A program made the position numbers and the translations under genes. From an uncultured Planctomycetales bacterium (GTDB lineage: Bacteria; Omnitrophota; Gorgyraeia; Gygaellales; Profunditerraquicolaceae): a stretch of 64,000 bases of DNA. Shown here one piece after another: positions 1 through 8,600 of the stretch (the first letter of the stretch is position 1; each line of letters starts with the position of its first letter). The DNA lies in assembly GCA_964542785.1 (NCBI GenBank), contig CAZIUK010000001.1:5115-69114 (forward strand), given 5' to 3'. The notes below the pieces were generated by a model that did not search any database, was not told the DNA's origin, and saw only the letters and a list, made by a program, of their open reading frames with translations.

Positions 1-23
1 ATTGTTCTCAAGGTGAGAACAAT
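1..23. promoter_or_regulatory. Perfect inverted repeat ATTGTTCTCA-agg-TGAGAACAAT abutting the start codon of the wHTH-MNT gene; candidate autoregulatory operator overlapping the SD (AGGTGA)
   Basis: Read directly: 10-bp arms, 3-bp spacer, ends 1 nt before the ATG at 24. It may extend upstream of the window edge. Confidence 0.4.
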
Positions 24-596
24 ATGTTGAAAGATCTAATAGGCTCAAAGACCCGCCAAACTCTACTGAAGGCTTTTGTTGAATCCCCCGATGTTGAATA
101 TTACACTCGTCAGTTGGCTAAGTTATACAAAATCTCGGTAGGGACGCTTCATAGGGAGCTAAAAAGGCTTAGTCTTTCCGGTATCCTTAAAGAACGCAAG
201 GTTGGCAACATAAAGCTATTTTCTTTGAATAAACAAAATCCTCTTTATGAGGAGATTAAGAACATTATATACAAAACCCAGGGTGTGATAAGTTTTGTAA
301 GGGGTGCGATATCGGGCATAAAAGGTATTAAAGTCGCTTTCATATACGGGTCTTTCGCAAAGGGAGACGAAAGGCAAGATAGCGATGTAGATATGTTTTT
401 GATGGGGGATAGAATCAATGAAGACAAATTGATAAATGCGATAAATGATGTGGAAAAAAAGCTATATAAAGAAATAAATTACACGCGGTATACGGAAAAT
501 GAATACAGGAAAGAGAAGAAAAAGAACAATTCTTTTATATTAGAAGTCATAAGGGGCAAGAAAATATTTATTAAGGGAGCCGAAAGTGACCTCTAA
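24..596 (+). CDS. Winged-HTH DNA-binding domain fused to a minimal nucleotidyltransferase (MNT-type antitoxin-like) domain
   Basis: N-terminal ~70 aa has a wHTH-like pattern (YYTRQLAKLYKISVGTLHRELKRL). The central motif GSFAKGDERQDSDVDMF matches the Pol-beta-type NTase signature GS..(x)n..D.D. The stop overlaps the start of the downstream gene by 11 nt. Confidence 0.6.
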   Translation: MLKDLIGSKTRQTLLKAFVESPDVEYYTRQLAKLYKISVGTLHRELKRLSLSGILKERKVGNIKLFSLNKQNPLYEEIKNIIYKTQGVISFVRGAISGIKGIKVAFIYGSFAKGDERQDSDVDMFLMGDRINEDKLINAINDVEKKLYKEINYTRYTENEYRKEKKKNNSFILEVIRGKKIFIKGAESDL

Positions 597-1053
597 CGGT
601 TTTTTAAGCGAATATATAGAAAAGAAACTGATTAAGCCGGAAAAAATAGGCGCCGATCAGATAGAAAAAGTAATAAAAGCTGCTAAGAAATGCCTGATGG
701 TCGCGGAGAGGTTGCTTTCAATAGATGAAGAAACTGCTTATGAGAAGGCTTATGCCGCAATGCTCCATGCCGCCAGGGCGTTTGTATTTATTAAAGGATA
801 CAGGCCAACGGTAAATTTCCAGCATAAGACGGTTGTTGCATTTACGGCGCGCTTTTTAGGCGATAAATATAAAGCTCTCACTGAAAAATTTGACTATATG
901 AGGAAGAATAGAAACAATTTTATTTACGAACCGTGGAAGTTCCACGTTTCTATGACTGATGTTAAGAGTGCGTTAAAATCAGCCCGTGAATTTGTTGATA
1001 CTATTAAGGGAGAAATAAAAAAAGAAAACCCTCAAGGTAATTTTAAGTTTTAG
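586..1053 (+). CDS. HEPN-like domain protein (putative toxin partner of the upstream MNT)
   Basis: Size ~155 aa, all-helical composition, overlaps the upstream NTase gene (typical HEPN/MNT operon layout), and carries an R-x-N-R-N-N motif near the C-terminus. The HEPN R-x4-6-H motif is not clearly intact. Confidence 0.45.
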   Translation: MTSNGFLSEYIEKKLIKPEKIGADQIEKVIKAAKKCLMVAERLLSIDEETAYEKAYAAMLHAARAFVFIKGYRPTVNFQHKTVVAFTARFLGDKYKALTEKFDYMRKNRNNFIYEPWKFHVSMTDVKSALKSAREFVDTIKGEIKKENPQGNFKF

Positions 1054-1115
1054 TTTTATCGGGTGGTTAGAGAAGTTATTTAATAATTCCCTAACCGGTT
1101 GTGTGTGGGTATGAG

Positions 1116-1148
1116 GCCTTGATTGGATTAATCAATCAAGGCTTTTTC
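1116..1148 (+). terminator. Rho-independent terminator (10-bp perfect stem GCCTTGATTG/CAATCAAGGC, 7-nt loop, followed by TTTTTC)
   Basis: Hairpin and T-tract read directly, ~60 nt downstream of the HEPN-like stop. Confidence 0.55.
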
Positions 1149-1220
1149 TATTACCGAGTAAATCTTTTTATAATATAATAGGGTTTTAGTAGGGTATACA
1201 GGTTGGGATAATGTAAAATA

Positions 1221-2593
1221 AATTGTACGCTTTTAAGATAAGGGCTCTTTGAAAAAGCAATAAAAATGGCATACCATTAATGGTTGTTATACAATAATCA
1301 TTAACCATAACCATTAACCATCCGCTAAAGACGGATAGAAGGAGGTATGCCATGAGAAGCGTTAACTTCTCAAGTGACAATTTAGCAGTACAATGGCAGT
1401 ATGTAAAGCGGAATTTAGGGCAGTTAGGTGTATTGTATCAGTTTGATGATTTTGAATGCCAAGCACGCAAGATTATTCAGAGGTTAATCCAAGACTGTGT
1501 AAATGAAGAATTCGCGCTTCAAATACGGGCCCAAAGGTATGAACATGCGCCTAACCGGCTTGACCAGCGTCAAGGCAGTTACGAGCGTAATCTTACTACA
1601 ACTTTTGGGGCTTCTCGGATACGGATACCGCGAGTTAGATTTAATAAGATAAAGGTCCATTATTCGCTCTTTGAGAAGTATCAGCGCAGGCACAAGAAGT
1701 TTGACCGGATGGTCTTGTTATCAATGCTTTTAGGCCACTCGGTACGTAAGCAACGAAGATTCTTCCGCGCATTTATTAGCGATGCCGTCAGTCATACTAC
1801 CGCCTCCCGGATTATAAAGAGCCTTGAGGGGGATTTGCAGCATTTTCGGACTAAGCCCATAGAGGATAACTATAAATATCTAATTATTGACGGCTTATGG
1901 GTTAAGGTATATGACGGCAGGCTTAAGGATATGGTAATCCTCTTTGTCTTAGGGGTAACCTTAGATAATAAGAAGGAGATAATCGCCTTTAAACTTGCTA
2001 AGGGTGAGACCGAAGAAGAATGCTCTGCTCTTCTTAACGATCTCTATCGCAGGGGCCTAGAGGGTAAGAACCTAAAACTCATTGCTTCAGATGGGGCAAA
2101 GGGTATACGCGCAGCCATAAATATGGTCTATCCTTACGCTAAGTGGCAACTTTGTTATGTGCATAAGCTAAGGAACTTGATAAAACACATTCGTTATAAG
2201 CAACAGCATCGCAAGAGTATGATGCGCTAGGCCGGGATCATTTACGATTCAAAGACAAGGCGGTAGGCAATTAAGCGGTTTGATAAGTTCTGCGTAGAGT
2301 GGAAGGAATGTGAGCCTTATGCAGTAAAGTGTTTTAGGGAAGGCTTTTTAGAGACATTGCATTACTTTGAATTTGCTGAGGATAAAAACATGATAAGCTC
2401 AACGAATCATCTTGAGCGTGACTTAGAAGAAGTGCGCAGACGTATTAAGATTCAAGGTTATTTTAAATCAAGCAGAAGCGCAAATCTATGGGTTTATGGC
2501 ATTATAAGCCAAGTTATGCAAGAAGAACAACCAGAGGTTATGCCTAAACATATAACTATTTTCAAGGAGTCTCAATACAAAAGCGTACAATTA
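1221..2593 (+). mobile_element. IS256-family insertion sequence remnant (transposase inactivated by frameshift) bounded by 14-bp perfect inverted termini AATTGTACGCTTTT / AAAAGCGTACAATT
   Basis: The inverted repeat at 1221-1234 and 2580-2593 was found by eye. It encloses an IS256/Mutator-type transposase carrying the signature ...SDGAKG...WQLCYVHKLRN... and the C-terminal STNHLERDLEEVRRR. The exact outer ends are uncertain. Confidence 0.5.
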
Positions 2594-2599
2594 TCTTGA
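1352..2599 (+). pseudogene. IS256/Mutator-family DDE transposase, disrupted (ORFs 1352-2230 and 2357-2599 lie in different frames; the intervening region still encodes transposase-like sequence ...FDKFCVEWKECEPYAVKCFREGFLETLHYFEF...)
   Basis: Conserved IS256 motifs are split across two frames; an intact IS256 transposase is ~400 aa. Confidence 0.7.
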
Positions 2600-2621
2600 C
2601 AATACTCAGGTTGGCTATGCC

Positions 2622-2650
2622 TTGTTTTACTTAAGAAGTTAATGTATAAT
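2622..2650 (+). promoter_or_regulatory. Sigma70-like promoter candidate TTGTTT-17 nt-TATAAT upstream of the giant glucan synthase gene
   Basis: Hexamers and spacing read directly; a G6 SD-like tract follows at 2667-2672. Confidence 0.35.
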
Positions 2651-2672
2651 ATTTTAATAATAAAAAGGGGGG

Positions 2673-5600
2673 ATGTTGGTTAAAAAATTAATAGGGTTCT
2701 TTGCAGTTAGAAAAAGCCCGGATGAAGAAAAAATATTCCGCTCTGAACTTTTTAATATAGAGCAGTTAAAGGGGCACGCTAAAAGTTTAGCAAAAAGGCA
2801 CCTTGCTTATTATAAAAAAGGCAGGGATAAGCTATTGCGCCGGTTAAAGGAAAATGAAGAGGTTTTAAACCGCATTCAAAATATCCTTAAAGAAACCGAT
2901 AAGTCAAAAATCAGGATTACTCCTACCGGAGAATGGCTTCTGGATAACTATTTTCTTATTGAAGAGCAGATAAGGCTGGCGCAAAAATATCTTCCAAAAG
3001 ATTATATTCAGGGGCTTCCTCATATTTCTGAAGGGCCGTTCTTAGATTGTCCGTGTGTGTATGAAATCGCTATGGAGATAGTTTCTCATAGCGATGGATG
3101 CTTAGATAAGGAGAGGCTTACAGAATATGTCGCATCTTATCAAACTGTGCGTCATCTAAAACTCGGTGAATTGTGGGCTTTTCCAATAATGTTAAGGTTA
3201 GCCCTTATAGAAAATTTAAGGCGCATATCTTCCCGTTTGATTGTCTCTTACGCCGAAAGGGATAAGGCAAATTATTGGGCAACACGAATTCTTAAAATCC
3301 CGGTTAAAGATACTGATGCGATGATTCTTGAAATTGGGGCAATGTCAAAAGCGAATCAGCAATTTTCCGATATTTTTGTTGCTGAGTTCATGAGGCGTTT
3401 GCACGGCCAAACCCATGCTTTCAGTATTCTTTTTCTTTGGCTTGAAAAAAAGCTTTTAGAGCAAGGAGGCAATCTTGATAAAATTATCCGTTCAATCAGC
3501 CAAAATCAGGCGGCTAATCAGGTTTCAACCGCAAATACCATCGGAAGCTTACGTTTTTTAGGGACTACAGATTGGTGTGATTTTGTTGAATCGCTCAGTA
3601 TAGTTGAAAAAATTTTAAACCAGGACCCATCAGGGCATTATAGCCGGATGTCTTTTGCAACCCGCGACCGCTACAGGCATTCTGTTGAGAGGTTTGCTTT
3701 AAGAAGCAAGCTGCCGGAAGGCGAGATAGCAAAACGCGTAATTCAGATTGCTAATAAGGCGAAAGCAGAAAAAGGGGCGGGCCATGTAACAGCGCATGCG
3801 GGTTTTTATCTTATTGACCGGGGCTTGGAGGCTTTTTGCCGGCATTTGGGCCTTCGTTTAGCTTTTGGCCAGCAACTGGAAGCAAAAAAAACTTTTTGGC
3901 CGTCAATTTTATTTTTTGGCTCGGTTATCTTAATGACTCTGTCTGTAAGCGCGGTTGTTTTGAAGATGATTCAACCGAGGATGGTTTTGGATTTACCATG
4001 GTTTTTCTTATTCGCCGTATCGCTTTTGCTTGTTACCAGCCAAACCATAGTCTCTTTGGTGAATTGGATATCTATGATGTTTGTGAAGCCACAAAATCTT
4101 CCCCGGATGGATTTTTCAGAAGGAATTCCCGCGGATGCTCATACTTTAGTGGTGGTTCCCTGTATGCTTAGCAATTTTGAGGTGATTAATTCTCTTCTTG
4201 AGGATCTTGAGGTTAGATATCTGGCGAATATTGACGCTAATGCTGATTTTGCTCTCTTGACTGATTTTTCCGATGCAGAGCAAGAAGCCATGCCGGAAGA
4301 TGAAGCGTTTTTAAAACAGGTTATGTCAGGCATTGAACGGTTAAATCATAAATATCGCCGGCAAAAAGAGAGCAGTTTTTTTCTTTTTCATCGGCCCCGC
4401 AGATGGAATGAAAAAGAAAAGGTATGGATGGGGTATGAGCGTAAAAGAGGCAAACTGCAAGATTTAAACGCTTTTCTTCGCGGAAGAGGAGAGAGTGAGT
4501 TTAGTGTAATTCTCGGAGATTCGCAAAGGCTTAAAGGGGTAAAATATGTTATTACGTTGGATGCGGATACAAAAATGTCCCGTAATTCGGTCAGAGATTT
4601 AGTTGGAGTGATTGAACACCCGTTAAATCGTCCGGTTTATGATGAAAAAAAAGGGCGGATAGTTTCAGGATATGGAATTCTTCAGCCACGGATTGAATCT
4701 GGTTATCCCGGGGAGAACCCTTCATTGTTTGTAAGAATTTTCGGCGGAGATGTTGGAATTGACCCTTATACGAAAGCAGTATCTGACGTCTATCAGGACC
4801 TTTTCCTTGAAGGATCTTTTGTGGGGAAGGGGCTTTATGATGTGGACGCGTTTGAAAAATCTATTCAAGGCCGGCTTCCGGAAAACCTTATCTTAAGCCA
4901 CGATCTTTTAGAAGGCTGTTATGCCCGGTCAGGGCTTGTGACAGATGTGCAGTTTTATGAAAATTACCCCTCCTCTTATCTTAAAGACTCAAGCCGCAGG
5001 CACCGTTGGATACGCGGAGACTGGCAGATTTTTCGTTGGGTATTTTCCGCAGTCCCAGGTAAAGGAGGGATACAAGTTAAAAATCCTATTTCATTTTTGT
5101 CAAAATGGAAAATCGCGGATAATCTAAGGCGCAGCTTTGTGCCTTTAGCGGCAGTTTTTCTTCTTTTGTTTGGATGGGTCTCTTTTCGTTCGGCATGGAT
5201 CTGGTCGGGTTTTGTTATCACCTTGCTTGCTTTGCCCATTCTGCCGATGTTTATGGCGGAGATTTTAAGAAAACCCGAACATTTGACTTTCCGTACTCAT
5301 CTTGAGTTAGTTTTATCCTTATTTAAAAAAAATATACTTAGATTTTTCTTTTCGCTTGTTTTCCTTTTATACGAAGCGTTTTATTCTTTAGATGCGATAA
5401 CATTAACTTTATGGAGAATCTTTGTATCCCGGAGGAATCTGTTAAAATGGCGGACTTTTTTTGAAACCGACAGCCTCTCTTTAAGTAAAATATCGGATTA
5501 TTATAAACGGATGTGGTATATTCCGTTTACGTCCGTATCTTTCTTTTTGCTTTTATCCGTATTATTTTCACATCAAAATTGGCTGGCTTTAATCGTTCTA

Positions 5601-8600
5601 TGCCTTTGGTTTGTTTCTCCCGCGATAGCCTGTTTAATAAGCAGGGCCTCAGCTTTACGGAAAATTCAGTTTTCCGAAGAGCAGATTAATATACTTAAAA
5701 ATCTTTCCAGAAAAACATGGGCATTTTTTGAAGAGCTGATAACCAAAGAAGATAATTGGCTGCCGCTGGACAATTTTCAGGAGGAGCCTGTCAGGTCTTT
5801 AGCGCATAGGACATCTCCGACAAATATCGGTTTTGCGCTTCTTGCAAACTTGACAGCTTATGATTTTGGGTATCTTTCAATGGGGAGGATGTTTAACAGG
5901 GCGGAAAAAACATTTGATACTTTAAATGTTATGGAAAAATACAGGGGGCATTTTTACAATTGGTATGATACGCAGACACTTAAGCCGTTGCTCCCTTTGT
6001 ATGTTTCTTCTGTTGACAGCGGGAATTTAACGGGCTCTTTGATTATTCTGCGCAACGGGCTTATGGAGATGAAAAATCAAAAGATTGTCTCCTTGAATAT
6101 ATTTGACGGATTAGAAACTACCTTAAGGGTTCTTTTGCAAAGTGTTACAGATCACAAGAAAAAGGAAGAAAAGATTTCTTCCGCACTGCATAATCTTTTT
6201 GAAAAAATCAGGCAGTCTCGGGGGAAGAATGAGCATTCTTTCGCGTATCTTTCTCAGGTATACGCGCTTTTACGCCAGATTTTAATTGATATTTCAAAAA
6301 TTGTGCCGTTTTTGGAAGAAAAAGATTATGAAGATGCCAAGAGATGGGCAAGGGCTTTTGAACGGCAGTGTTATGATTTTTTGGAAGATATTGCTTTTAT
6401 CGCGCCATGGGTCCTTCTTGAGCCGGAAATACCCGGGTTGTGGAATGCGGAAGATGAACGGCAGCGCAAGAATCTTTTTCAGGTTAGAGAGATTCTTCGG
6501 CATTTGGATGAGATCCCTGCTCTTAAGCAGGTTGCAAGCTTAGAGCATAAACTGGTTCCGCTTATTGAAGAGATAGTAAAAGATATACGGATTGAAGAGG
6601 GCGGGGTAAAAGGCGCCCGTGAGTGGTTTTTAAAATTACAGGAAACGATTAAAATTTCCGGTACGCGGTCCGCTGAAAGAATTAAAGCCATTGATTACAT
6701 TATATTAAGGTGCGCGGAAGTTACTAATATTGATTATGAATTCTTATACGATAAGGACAACCATCTTCTTTCAATCGGATACAATGTTGATAAGCATAAG
6801 GTTGACAGTGGCTGTTATGACCTATTGGCATCAGAGGCGCGGTTTTGCAGTTTTGTTGCAATAGCCCAAGGTAAGATGCCCCAAGAACACTGGTTTAAGC
6901 TTGGCCGCTTGATTACGAAAACCGAAGGGGAGCCTATTCTTGTTTCATGGGGAGGGTCAATGTTTGAATATTTGATGCCTTTATTGGTAATGCCGAATTA
7001 TGAGGGAAGCTTATTAGCCCAGACCTGTAAAGCCGCGGTGAACGGCCAGATCCGGTATGCGGCAAAAAATAATATTCCCTGGGGTATTTCCGAATCTTGT
7101 TATAATAAGGTTGATATTAATAAAGAGTATCAGTATCGTTCATTCGGAGTTCCGGGTATGGGTTTTAAGCGGGGGCTTGCTGATGATTTGGTTGTAGCTC
7201 CCTATGCTTCAATGTTGGCTTTAATGATTGAGCCTAAAAAAGCATTTGATAATCTTCAACGGTTATTTACAAAAGGCGCGGGAGGGTTTTTCGGTTTGTA
7301 TGAAGCATTAGATTTTACCCCTGCCCGCCTTACGACAGATGAAACCCATGTTGTTGTAAAAACATATATGGCTCATCATCAGGGTATGGGTTTATTGGCT
7401 CTTGCGTATATTCTTTTAGGCCGGCCTATGCAAAGGCGTTTTCTTGCAGAGCCGATATTTAAGTCAGCTGAGCTTCTTTTACAGGAGAGGGTGCCTGCCT
7501 CTGAGCCGTTTCTTTATGATTTTGAAGTGGTTGGGATGCTTAGGAAGGTTGGTGAACGGGGAGCATTTTTACGGGTTTTTACAACTCCGCAGACCTCTGT
7601 GCCTGAGGTTCACACGCTTTCTAACGGCCGTTACCATGTTATGGTCACCAATGCCGGAGGAGGTTATAGCCGGTGTAGAGATTTGGCTATAACGCGTTGG
7701 AACGAAGATTCGGCATTAGATAATCAAGGCGCCTTCATTTACTTTTCTGATGTAGAGACCGGTAAATTTTGGTCATCAGCATATCAGCCGGCTCTTAAGA
7801 AACCAAAACATTATAAAGCTTTGTTCTCGCAAGCCTGGGTTGAGTTTGAGCGTATGGATAATCAAATTGAAACGCATACCAAGATCGCGGTTTCTCCGGA
7901 AGAGGATGTAGAATTACGCCGTGTGACAATTTCCAACTGCTCTTCCCGCAGGCGTGTTATTGAAGTAACCAGTTATGCGGAAGTGGTTTTAAATTATTCC
8001 GCAAGTGATCAGGCGCATCGGGCATTCAGCAACTTGTTTATTGAAACAGAAATAATTAAGCCTTATCAGGCTATTATCTGCCGCCGCCGTCCTCGCGCCC
8101 AAAAAGAAACATTTCCTTTGATCTTACATTTAATGGCAGTTCATGGGAGCGCTTTAAAAGAAGCTTCTTATGAAACAGACAGGAGCAAGTTTATCGGCCG
8201 GGGGCGCACAATCGTATCTCCTTTGGCTATGGATAAACCTGGTTTTCTTTCAAATAGTGAAGGCTCGGTGCTTGATCCGGTTGTTTCTATACGAAGCCGG
8301 TTAGAGCTGGCTCCGGGAGATTCAGCTGTGATTGATTATGTAACCGGCGCATGCGAAAACAGGGAATCCGCCCAGAGGATTATAGAAAAATACAGGGATA
8401 AAAATCTGTCTGACCGCATTTTTAACCTGGCTTGGACTCAAGGCCAGGTTGCCTTGCAGCAAATTAATGTAACTGAGGCTGATGCTCAACTTTATGGAAG
8501 GTTGGCAAGCGCTATTTTGTATGCGAATCCTTTCTGGCGGGCGAATGCGAGTATTTTGCAGCGAAATATCCGGGGAGAATCAGACCTTTGGGGCTATGGT

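Noticed and set aside
1264-1320. Clustered CCATTAA/CATTAACC direct repeats and the palindrome CCATTAATGG upstream of the transposase start, as a riboswitch or operator
   Set aside because: They lie inside the IS left end and are most likely subterminal transposase-binding or IS promoter sequence; there is no independent support.
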